Positions 1-8,346 of a DNA stretch of 64,000 bases are shown piece by piece. The position numbers and the translations under genes were made by a program. The DNA comes from Auanema rhodensis (Eukaryota > Animalia > Nematoda): NCBI GenBank assembly GCA_964057225.1, contig OZ059896.1, positions 7,998,001 through 8,062,000 on the forward strand, written 5' to 3'. Positions within the stretch are counted from its first letter, which is position 1. Every line of letters begins with the position of its first letter. The notes under the pieces are model-generated. The model was not told the origin of the DNA, did not search any database, and saw nothing but the letters and a program-made list of their open reading frames with translations.

Positions 1-50
1 GCGTCAGTCTCATAATCTGAAGGTCGTGAGTTCGAGCCTCACCGGGAGCA
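1..50 (+). tRNA. tRNA-Met(CAT), 3' part truncated by window edge
   Basis: Anticodon arm CTCATAA, T-arm GTTCGAG, ends GGGAGCA. Confidence 0.9.
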
Positions 51-169
51 ATCTTTTCCGTTTTCCGAGATATATTCTGATACAAAAGATGTTATTTCAC
101 TTTTGTAGTTTTGGTTGTCTCTTGTATGTTAGTTTCTACTATGAAATATGCGAATACGATATATTCGTA

Positions 170-242
170 GCTTCCGTAGCGCAGTAGGCAGCGCGTCAGT
201 CTCATAATCTGAAGGTCGTGAGTTCGAGCCTCACCGGGAGCA
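170..242 (+). tRNA. tRNA-Met(CAT), elongator type
   Basis: GCTTCCGTAGCGCAGTAGGCAGCGCGTCAGTCTCATAATCTGAAGGTCGTGAGTTCGAGCCTCACCGGGAGCA folds as a cloverleaf with a CAT anticodon. G1:C72 and a GTTC T-loop indicate elongator, not initiator. Confidence 0.97.
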
Positions 243-361
243 ATCTTTTCCGTTTTCCCAGATTTATTCTAATACAAAAGATGTTATTTCATTTTTGTAG
301 TTTTGGTTGTCTCTTGTATGTTAGTTTCTACTATGAAATATGCGAATACGATATATTCGTA

Positions 362-434
362 GCTTCCGTAGCGAGGTAGGAAGCGCGTCAGTCTCATAAT
401 CTGAAGGTCGTGAGTTCGAGCCTCACCGGGAGCA
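362..434 (+). tRNA. tRNA-Met(CAT), D-arm variant (C13A, A14G, C20A)
   Basis: TAGCGAGGTAGGAAGCGC replaces TAGCGCAGTAGGCAGCGC. Confidence 0.85.
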
Positions 435-554
435 ATCTTTTCCGTTTTCCCTATATTAATTCTGATACAAAAGATGTTATTTCATTTTTGTAGTTTTGGT
501 TGTCTCTTGTATGTTCGTAGCTACTAAGAAATTTGCGCACACGCTGTATTCGTA

Positions 555-627
555 GCTTCCGTAGCGCAGTAGGCAGCGCGTCAGTCTCATAATCTGAAGG
601 TCGTGAGTTCGAGCCTCACCGGGAGCA
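555..627 (+). tRNA. tRNA-Met(CAT)
   Basis: Canonical copy. Confidence 0.96.
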
Positions 628-746
628 ATCTTTTCCGTTTTCTCAGATTTATTCTGATACAAAAGATGTTATTTCATTTTTGTAGTTTTGGTTGTCTCTT
701 GTATGTTCGTAGCTACTAAGAAATTTGTGCACACGCTATATTCGTA

Positions 747-819
747 GCTTCCGTAGCGCAGTAGGCAGCGCGTCAGTCTCATAATCTGAAGGTCGTGAGT
801 TCGAGCCTCACCGGGAGCA
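747..819 (+). tRNA. tRNA-Met(CAT)
   Basis: Canonical copy. Confidence 0.96.
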
Positions 820-938
820 ATCTTTTCCGTTTTCCCAGATTTATTCTAATACAAAAGATGTTATTTCACTTTTGTAGTTTTGGTTGTCTCTTGTATGTTA
901 GTTTCTACTATGAAATATGCGAATACGATATATTCGTA

Positions 939-1011
939 GCTTCCGTAGCGAGGTAGGAAGCGCGTCAGTCTCATAATCTGAAGGTCGTGAGTTCGAGCCT
1001 CACCGGGAGCA
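939..1011 (+). tRNA. tRNA-Met(CAT), D-arm variant
   Basis: GCGAGGTAGGAAGCGC D-arm. Confidence 0.85.
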
Positions 1012-1131
1012 ATCTTTTCCGTTTTCCCTATATTAATTCTGATACAAAAGATGTTATTTCATTTTTGTAGTTTTGGTTGTCTCTTGTATGTTCGTAGCTA
1101 CTAAGAAATTTGTGCACACGCTATATTCGTA

Positions 1132-1204
1132 GCTTCCGTAGCGCAGTAGGCAGCGCGTCAGTCTCATAATCTGAAGGTCGTGAGTTCGAGCCTCACCGGG
1201 AGCA
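1132..1204 (+). tRNA. tRNA-Met(CAT)
   Basis: Canonical copy. Confidence 0.96.
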
Positions 1205-1323
1205 ATCTTTTCCGTTTTCCGAGATATATTCTGATACAAAAGATGTTATTTCACTTTTGTAGTTTTGGTTGTCTCTTGTATGTTAGTTTCTACTATGAAA
1301 TATGCGAATACGATATATTCGTA

Positions 1324-1396
1324 GCTTCCGTAGCGCAGTAGGCAGCGCGTCAGTCTCATAATCTGAAGGTCGTGAGTTCGAGCCTCACCGGGAGCA
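1324..1396 (+). tRNA. tRNA-Met(CAT)
   Basis: Canonical copy. Confidence 0.96.
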
Positions 1397-1515
1397 ATCT
1401 TTTCCGTTTTCCCAGATTTATTCTAATACAAAAGATGTTATTTCATTTTTGTAGTTTTGGTTGTCTCTTGTATGTTAGTTTCTACTATGAAATATGCGAA
1501 TACGATATATTCGTA

Positions 1516-1588
1516 GCTTCCGTAGCGAGGTAGGAAGCGCGTCAGTCTCATAATCTGAAGGTCGTGAGTTCGAGCCTCACCGGGAGCA
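1516..1588 (+). tRNA. tRNA-Met(CAT), D-arm variant
   Basis: GCGAGGTAGGAAGCGC D-arm. Confidence 0.85.
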
Positions 1589-1708
1589 ATCTTTTCCGTT
1601 TTCCCTATATTAATTCTGATACAAAAGATGTTATTTCATTTTTGTAGTTTTGGTTGTCTCTTGTATGTTCGTAGCTACTAAGAAATTTGCGCACACGCTG
1701 TATTCGTA

Positions 1709-1781
1709 GCTTCCGTAGCGCAGTAGGCAGCGCGTCAGTCTCATAATCTGAAGGTCGTGAGTTCGGGCCTCACCGGGAGCA
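1709..1781 (+). tRNA. tRNA-Met(CAT), T-loop variant
   Basis: GTTCGGGCC instead of GTTCGAGCC (B-box change). Confidence 0.85.
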
Positions 1782-1900
1782 ATCTTTTCCGTTTTCTCAG
1801 ATTTATTCTGATACAAAAGATGTTATTTCATTTTTGTAGTTTTGGTTGTCTCTTGTATGTTCGTAGCTACTAAGAAATTTGTGCACACGCTATATTCGTA

Positions 1901-1973
1901 GCTTCCGTAGCGCAGTAGGCAGCGCGTCAGTCTCATAATCTGAAGGTCGTGAGTTCGAGCCTCACCGGGAGCA
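1901..1973 (+). tRNA. tRNA-Met(CAT)
   Basis: Canonical copy. Confidence 0.96.
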
Positions 1974-2092
1974 ATCTTTTCCGTTTTCCGAGATATATTC
2001 TGATACAAAAGATGTTATTTCACTTTTGTAGTTTTGGTTGTCTCTTGTATGTTAGTTTCTACTATGAAATATGCGAATACGATATATTCGTA

Positions 2093-2165
2093 GCTTCCGT
2101 AGCGAGGTAGGAAGCGCGTCAGTCTCATAATCTGAAGGTCGTGAGTTCGAGCCTCACCGGGAGCA
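2093..2165 (+). tRNA. tRNA-Met(CAT), D-arm variant
   Basis: GCGAGGTAGGAAGCGC D-arm. Confidence 0.85.
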
Positions 2166-2285
2166 ATCTTTTCTGTTTTCCCTATATTAATTCTGATACA
2201 AAAGATGTTATTTCATTTTTGTAGTTTTGGTTGTCTCTTGTATGTTCGTAGCTACTAAGAAATTTGCGCACACGCTGTATTCGTA

Positions 2286-2358
2286 GCTTCCGTAGCGCAG
2301 TAGGCAGCGCGTCAGTCTCATAATCTGAAGGTCGTGAGTTCGAGCCTCACCGGGAGCA
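2286..2358 (+). tRNA. tRNA-Met(CAT)
   Basis: Canonical copy. Confidence 0.96.
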
Positions 2359-2477
2359 ATCTTTTCCGTTTTCTCAGATTTATTCTGATACAAAAGATGT
2401 TATTTCATTTTTGTAGTTTTGGTTGTCTCTTGTATGTTCGTAGCTACTAAGAAATTTGTGCACACGCTATATTCGTA

Positions 2478-2550
2478 GCTTCCGTAGCGCAGTAGGCAGC
2501 GCGTCAGTCTCATAATCTGAAGGTCGTGAGTTCGAGCCTCACCGGGAGCA
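2478..2550 (+). tRNA. tRNA-Met(CAT)
   Basis: Canonical copy. Confidence 0.96.
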
Positions 2551-2669
2551 ATCTTTTCCGTTTTCCCAGATTTATTCTAATACAAAAGATGTTATTTCAC
2601 TTTTGTAGTTTTGGTTGTCTCTTGTATGTTAGTTTCTACTATGAAATATGCGAATACGATATATTCGTA

Positions 2670-2742
2670 GCTTCCGTAGCGAGGTAGGAAGCGCGTCAGT
2701 CTCATAATCTGAAGGTTGTGAGTTCGAGCCTCACCGGGAGCA
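2670..2742 (+). tRNA. tRNA-Met(CAT), D-arm variant
   Basis: D-arm variant plus GGTTGTG change. Confidence 0.83.
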
Positions 2743-2862
2743 ATCTTTTCCGTTTTCCCTATATTAATTCTGATACAAAAGATGTTATTTCATTTTTGTA
2801 GTTTTGGTTGTCTCTTGTATGTTCGTAGCTACTAAGAAATTTGTGCACACGCTATATTCGTA

Positions 2863-2935
2863 GCTTCCGTAGCGCAGTAGGCAGCGCGTCAGTCTCATAA
2901 TCTGAAGGTCGTGAGTTCGAGCCTCACCGGGAGCA
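2863..2935 (+). tRNA. tRNA-Met(CAT)
   Basis: Canonical copy. Confidence 0.96.
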
Positions 2936-3054
2936 ATCTTTTCCGTTTTCTCAGATTTATTCTGATACAAAAGATGTTATTTCATTTTTGTAGTTTTGGT
3001 TGTCTCTTGTATGTTCGTAGCTACTAAGAAATTTGTGCACACGCTATATTCGTA

Positions 3055-3127
3055 GCTTCCGTAGCGCAGTAGGCAGCGCGTCAGTCTCATAATCTGAAGG
3101 TCGTGAGTTCGAGCCTCACCGGGAGCA
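3055..3127 (+). tRNA. tRNA-Met(CAT)
   Basis: Canonical copy. Confidence 0.96.
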
Positions 3128-3246
3128 ATCTTTTCCGTTTTCCGAGATATATTCTGATACAAAAGATGTTATTTCATTTTTGTAGTTTTGGTTGTCTCTT
3201 GTATGTTCGTAGCTACTAAGAAATTTGTGCACACGCTATATTCGTA

Positions 3247-3319
3247 GCTTCCGTAGCGCAGTAGGCAGCGCGTCAGTCTCATAATCTGAAGGTCGTGAGT
3301 TCGAGCCTCACCGGGAGCA
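3247..3319 (+). tRNA. tRNA-Met(CAT)
   Basis: Canonical copy. Confidence 0.96.
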
Positions 3320-3438
3320 ATCTTTTCCGTTTTCTCAGATTTATTCTGATACAAAAGATGTTATTTCATTTTTGTAGTTTTGGTTGTCTCTTGTATGTTC
3401 GTAGCTACTAAGAAATTTGTGCACACGCTATATTCGTA

Positions 3439-3511
3439 GCTTCCGTAGCGCAGTAGGCAGCGCGTCAGTCTCATAATCTGAAGGTCGTGAGTTCGAGCCT
3501 CACCGGGAGCA
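3439..3511 (+). tRNA. tRNA-Met(CAT)
   Basis: Canonical copy. Confidence 0.96.
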
Positions 3512-3630
3512 ATCTTTTCCGTTTTCCGAGATATATTCTGATACAAAAGATGTTATTTCACTTTTGTAGTTTTGGTTGTCTCTTGTATGTTAGTTTCTAC
3601 TATGAATTATGCGAATACGATATATTCGTA

Positions 3631-3703
3631 GCTTCCGTAGCGCAGTAGGCAGCGCGTCAGTCTCATAATCTGAAGGTCGTGAGTTCGAGCCTCACCGGGA
3701 GCA
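3631..3703 (+). tRNA. tRNA-Met(CAT)
   Basis: Canonical copy. Confidence 0.96.
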
Positions 3704-3822
3704 ATCTTTTCCGTTTTCCCAGATTTATTCTAATACAAAAGATGTTATTTCATTTTTGTAGTTTTGGTTGTCTCTTGTATGTTAGTTTCTACTATGAAAT
3801 ATGCGAATACGATATATTCGTA

Positions 3823-3895
3823 GCTTCCGTAGCGCAGTAGGCAGCGCGTCAGTCTCATAATCTGAAGGTCGTGAGTTCGAGCCTCACCGGGAGCA
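3823..3895 (+). tRNA. tRNA-Met(CAT)
   Basis: Canonical copy. Confidence 0.96.
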
Positions 3896-4014
3896 ATCTT
3901 TTCCGTTTTCCGAGATATATTCTGATACAAAAGATGTTATTTCACTTTTGTAGTTTTGGTTGTCTCTTGTATGTTAGTTTCTACTATGAAATATGCGAAT
4001 ACGATATATTCGTA

Positions 4015-4087
4015 GCTTCCGTAGCGCAGTAGGCAGCGCGTCAGTCTCATAATCTGAAGGTCGTGAGTTCGAGCCTCACCGGGAGCA
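4015..4087 (+). tRNA. tRNA-Met(CAT)
   Basis: Canonical copy. Confidence 0.96.
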
Positions 4088-4206
4088 ATCTTTTCCGTTT
4101 TCCGAGATATATTCTGATACAAAAGATGTTATTTCATTTTTGTAGTTTTGGTTGTCTCTTGTATGTTAGTTTCTACTATGAAATATGCGAATACGATATA
4201 TTCGTA

Positions 4207-4279
4207 GCTTCCGTAGCGAGGTAGGAAGCGCGTCAGTCTCATAATCTGAAGGTCGTGAGTTCGAGCCTCACCGCGAGCA
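4207..4279 (+). tRNA. tRNA-Met(CAT), D-arm variant
   Basis: D-arm variant plus acceptor-stem change (CCGCGAGCA). Confidence 0.8.
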
Positions 4280-4399
4280 ATCTTTTCCGTTTTCCCTATA
4301 TTAATTCTGATACAAAAGATGTTATTTCATTTTTGTAGTTTTGGTTGTCTCTTGTATGTTCGTAGCTACTAAGAAATTTGCGCACACGCTGTATTCGTA

Positions 4400-4472
4400 G
4401 CTTCCGTAGCGCAGTAGGCAGCGCGTCAGTCTCATAATCTGAAGGTCGTGAGTTCGAGCCTCACCGGGAGCA
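4400..4472 (+). tRNA. tRNA-Met(CAT)
   Basis: Canonical copy. Confidence 0.96.
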
Positions 4473-4591
4473 ATCTTTTCCGTTTTCTCAGATTTATTCT
4501 GATACAAAAGATGTTATTTCATTTTTGTAGTTTTGGTTGTCTCTTGTATGTTCGTAGCTACTAAGAAATTTGTGCACACGCTATATTCGTA

Positions 4592-4664
4592 GCTTCCGTA
4601 GCGCAGTAGGCAGCGCGTCAGTCTCATAATCTGAAGGTCGTGAGTTCGAGCCTCACCGGGAGCA
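4592..4664 (+). tRNA. tRNA-Met(CAT)
   Basis: Canonical copy. Confidence 0.96.
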
Positions 4665-4783
4665 ATCTTTTCCGTTTTCCCAGATTTATTCTAATACAAA
4701 AGATGTTATTTCACTTTTGTAGTTTTGGTTGTCTCTTGTATGTTAGTTTCTACTATGAAATATGCGAATACGATATATTCGTA

Positions 4784-4856
4784 GCTTCCGTAGCGAGGTA
4801 GGAAGCGCGTCAGTCTCATAATCTGAAGGTCGTGAGTTCGAGCCTCACCGGGAGCA
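4784..4856 (+). tRNA. tRNA-Met(CAT), D-arm variant
   Basis: GCGAGGTAGGAAGCGC D-arm. Confidence 0.85.
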
Positions 4857-4902
4857 ATCTTTTCCGTTTTCCCTATATTAATTCTGATACAAAAGATGTT
4901 AT

Positions 4903-4969
4903 TGTCGCGATAAGCGAGTGAGTTTGTATAATTTTTTTATCTTCAACAATTGTTTTATTTGTTTCTCCT

Positions 4970-5005
<36 letters not shown>

Positions 5006-5255
5006 TTCTTCTTTCTTCTAACTTCCTAAGTAATTTTTATCCATACCACATGTTGTGTTATACATGTGGCATGACTAACTCTTTGTTTCAGGCTGACGAC
5101 CGCCCACGAGAAGAGATCAGTCTTACATTTTCAACGTTCGCAGTCAGTGATTTTATTCCGTGCTTGTCTTGTTAATTCATCAATAAACCCTTTTCTACAT
5201 ATTCGCTTTGTGTTTTACTTCCAACCATACTATACACTTGTGGTATAACGCCACA
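4903..5255 (+). repeat. 5' LTR (353 bp)
   Basis: TGTCGCGATAAG...ATAACGCCACA. Contains (CT)15 and AATAAA. Direct repeat of 13907-14261. Confidence 0.97.
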
Positions 5256-5258
5256 AAT

Positions 5259-5270
5259 TGGTGCATCGGC
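5259..5270 (+). promoter_or_regulatory. Primer binding site, probably tRNA-Gly(GCC)
   Basis: TGGTGCATCGGC lies 3 nt after the LTR and is complementary to ...GCCGATGCA-CCA, a tRNA-Gly(GCC)-type 3' end. Confidence 0.8.
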
Positions 5271-5544
5271 TAGTTTAGATCTTAGCCGCTTTAAGTCCCG
5301 CGTGGCAGGTGAGATACAACTCGAACCAAGCGTGTTTGAGCAAAAAACATACTTAATAAAAATCGTGGCGATCATAAGTCCACGTCAAGTCACACCAAAC
5401 AGACTTGAACAATAAGCAAACTCTGAAATTAGAAACAGAGGTTTCAATTTCCTTACGATTCACATATACTGTGATCACCAAACAAACAAAGAAAAAAGAA
5501 AACAAAAAAGGAATATAAGCATTATTCCTACATCTACAACAAAA

Positions 5545-8346
5545 ATGTCACTCCTTTTTGTCAATCATATCAAACAATCTAACCAGTTTCTTGGAGAACT
5601 GCTTACACGATACGAGATGGAAGTGAAGGACCTTCCTGGTATTCTGGTAGATTGCGACTTCCACACTGAGGAAGAAGAGGAAACCCTCTCTTGCCTTATC
5701 ATTCGCTGGACAAAAGTCCAACACCAATTCAAAGAATCGTTGAAAAATCATCAAGATAACGAGAAAAAATTCCAAAAATTTTACGAAGCATCAGACAAAA
5801 CGCTTCGTAAAGCATTAGACGAACAGTACATCGCCTTCACATCCGATGAAGACTTTGAACCCAACATTAAAAAGGTTCAAAACGCCATTATTGAGCTTGA
5901 CGAACACATCATGAAAGCCGAACGCATACTTAGAAAGCTGAGAAAAACGCTTCATAAGAATGAATCTGAGCACAACAGCAATTGCTCAACAGAAAACAAT
6001 GAAACAGAAAACAAATCGAATGATCAATTTCTGGAAATTATCAAGTCATTCCTACACATCCAACAAACTAGCATCCAAAAACCAGCGATGTCGCTACCTA
6101 CATTTGATGGCAAACCAGAGAACTTCAAATCATTCTGGGGCCGTTTTGATAGACTTGTTCATGATAATGAACAGTTTACAACCTTAGAAAAGGTAAACCT
6201 ACTCTGTGAAAGCCTCAAAGGCAATTCACAAATAGCAATCAGAGGAATAGAACCCTCTGCTCAAAATTATGAGCTCATGCGTGAAGCATTAGTTTCTGAA
6301 TTTGGAGACTATTCGTCGGATATCAACTCTCTTTTAACACAACTACATAATTTGAGATTTGCAAGCAATAATGCAAAAGCATGCAAAGAAACATTTGGAG
6401 AAACCAAGGCACTTATCAGGCAAATTGAAGCAGCCGGAGCTACAGTATCCCGCGAAATGTGTACCGCGATGATTCTCAACAAATTCCCATACCACATCGT
6501 GGAAGACATTCTAATTCATCCAAACAACTACCATTCTACTAAAGAAATGCTGGCAGCTGTAGACCATAAAATCTATTCGTTTATTCTAAAAGAACAAACA
6601 AGAAATAGTCATGAACAAAAGTTTCGAAATCACAAAGACAATGTCACATCTGTTTCACATAAAGACAGCACTGCAGAACAACGGAAAACCCAAACTTGGC
6701 CATGTGTCTTTTGCGACTCATCCGAGCATCGTTTTTATCAATGCACCACATTTGAAACACCAGAGAAAAGAAGGTACCGCATTCGCGGAAAGGCCATCTG
6801 TTGGATTTGCTTTTCCGATAAACACAAAAGTTCGGAATGCAGAAAACAAAAATGTCGCAATTGCCAAGGAGATCATAATTCCGCCTTGTGCTCACAAGGA
6901 AGAAAAAGTGTACAAAATATCCAAAAAGATAAAGAAACTCCCACAATTAAAAAAGATCAGGCTTTACTGATCACCACAGAAGAATTATTGAATAAAAAAA
7001 CAACAGAATATAAACAAGACTCTGACACTAATAATCGAATCCCTACTGAGGCACTTAATGCACCAGTATCGCTTAATCACATTGCCGACACCCATAATAT
7101 TGAAGAAAGTCAAGTAATATTACGAACAGCAATGGCGAACATATACAACCACAATAGTAAAAAATATGAGCAAGTACGCATGCTCATAGATGAAGGATCC
7201 ATGAGATCTTTTATATCCAAGGACTTATCCACTAAGTTAGGATTGCCCATCCTTGGTTCTCAAAAGAAAACCTTTTACGGTATCGGAGCATTGTCCGAAA
7301 CGCACGAAGTTCAGGACGTAAAGGTAATTATTGGAACCTCAAGTGGATCCCTTATCGTAACAAAACTATTCACCAAACCCATGTTAACCACACCCATACG
7401 TTGTCCAAAACTATCTAAAGAAGACTTGAAATTTATAAAGACAAGAAAAATAAAATTAGCCAATCCACAAACAAACGGAGAATCATTTACTCCGGATATA
7501 CTGATAGGTATGGATAGATACAAACTGTTCATGCATTTAAACGAAGAAACCGAACTCCCCTCACGTATGAGATTGAAAAATTCGGTATTCGGCCACATGA
7601 TACATGGAGAAGCTCCTCTTCCCGATGATAATACACAACAAGAAGTAATATTATGCTCTACAGTAGAAGAAATAACAAAAGAAACCTCTCATAAAGAACT
7701 CCTCACTAATCTGTTTGAACTGGATTCTATCGGCATCAATACAGAAAATGCCAACGCAGACCGCACTATTGATTACTATGAAGAATACTCAAAAGATATA
7801 AAAATTGAGAACAACCGTATTATTGCACCGTTCCCGTTAAAAAATAACTTCAAAAATCTTAAAAACAACAAAATGCCCGCGTACCATAGATTCGTATCCC
7901 TATGGCGAAAGTTACTGCACAATCCAGAAATGCTCTCACACTATACTACAACCATTGAAAGTTACCTCAAAGATAACATTGTCGAACAAATTCCCAACAA
8001 TCACCAGGAGCCTTTAGAGTTTTATATGCCCCACCATGGGGTTTGGAAGCCCAGCAAGGCTAACCCTCTCAGAATCGTTTTTGACGCCTCCGCTAAACAG
8101 AAAGACAGCCCGTCGTTGAATGAGATAATACACACAGGACGATCATTTATCACATATATACACGACATCATGATCTCCTGCAGAACAAGACCAATATTAA
8201 TAACATGCGATATCAAAGCCGCATTTTTACAAATACAACTGACAGAGAATCACAAAAATCTATGCAAATTCTTTTGGATAAAAAACAAAGAATACCCAAT
8301 ATCTCACAACAATATCATAACCCTTCGATTCAACAGATTGGATTAG
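5545..8346 (+). CDS. BEL/Pao Gag - aspartic protease - N-terminal RT (truncated by internal deletion/frameshift)
   Basis: LPTFDG..F..FWGRF Gag domain. Three CCHC knuckles (CVFC..H...C, CWIC..H...C, CRNC..H...C). Protease LIDEGS. RT motifs YMPHHGV, LRIVFDASAK, SLNE, CDIKAAFLQI. Stops after RFNRL. Confidence 0.93.
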   Translation: MSLLFVNHIKQSNQFLGELLTRYEMEVKDLPGILVDCDFHTEEEEETLSCLIIRWTKVQHQFKESLKNHQDNEKKFQKFYEASDKTLRKALDEQYIAFTSDEDFEPNIKKVQNAIIELDEHIMKAERILRKLRKTLHKNESEHNSNCSTENNETENKSNDQFLEIIKSFLHIQQTSIQKPAMSLPTFDGKPENFKSFWGRFDRLVHDNEQFTTLEKVNLLCESLKGNSQIAIRGIEPSAQNYELMREALVSEFGDYSSDINSLLTQLHNLRFASNNAKACKETFGETKALIRQIEAAGATVSREMCTAMILNKFPYHIVEDILIHPNNYHSTKEMLAAVDHKIYSFILKEQTRNSHEQKFRNHKDNVTSVSHKDSTAEQRKTQTWPCVFCDSSEHRFYQCTTFETPEKRRYRIRGKAICWICFSDKHKSSECRKQKCRNCQGDHNSALCSQGRKSVQNIQKDKETPTIKKDQALLITTEELLNKKTTEYKQDSDTNNRIPTEALNAPVSLNHIADTHNIEESQVILRTAMANIYNHNSKKYEQVRMLIDEGSMRSFISKDLSTKLGLPILGSQKKTFYGIGALSETHEVQDVKVIIGTSSGSLIVTKLFTKPMLTTPIRCPKLSKEDLKFIKTRKIKLANPQTNGESFTPDILIGMDRYKLFMHLNEETELPSRMRLKNSVFGHMIHGEAPLPDDNTQQEVILCSTVEEITKETSHKELLTNLFELDSIGINTENANADRTIDYYEEYSKDIKIENNRIIAPFPLKNNFKNLKNNKMPAYHRFVSLWRKLLHNPEMLSHYTTTIESYLKDNIVEQIPNNHQEPLEFYMPHHGVWKPSKANPLRIVFDASAKQKDSPSLNEIIHTGRSFITYIHDIMISCRTRPILITCDIKAAFLQIQLTENHKNLCKFFWIKNKEYPISHNNIITLRFNRLD

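Larger units (their letters stand above)
1..4902 (+). repeat. Tandem array of tRNA-Met genes, 192/193-bp unit (25 full copies plus 1 partial; continues beyond the left edge)
   Basis: Each unit is a 73-nt tRNA, a TTTT Pol III terminator and a ~120-bp spacer. A 577-bp trimer periodicity is visible. Confidence 0.98.

Noticed and set aside
170-242. Initiator tRNA-Met
   Set aside because: It has G1:C72 and a GTTC T-loop and lacks the three consecutive G:C anticodon-stem pairs, so it is elongator type
1-4902. CRISPR-like repeat/spacer appearance
   Set aside because: The spacers are themselves near-identical repeats, the constant part is a tRNA, the context is eukaryotic and there are no cas genes
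4918-5175. 85-aa ORF in the LTR (and 75-aa equivalent at 13954)
   Set aside because: Non-ATG start, translation of the (CT)n microsatellite, and the frame differs between the two LTRs
5259-5270. Idea that the BEL element is primed by the tRNA-Met it sits among
   Set aside because: A tRNA-Met PBS would read TGGTGCTCCCGG. The observed TGGTGCATCGGC fits tRNA-Gly instead.
8205-8346. Programmed ribosomal frameshift between ORF1 and ORF2 of the BEL element
   Set aside because: The frame change falls inside RT where conserved motifs are missing, so it is a deletion. BEL elements normally encode one polyprotein.
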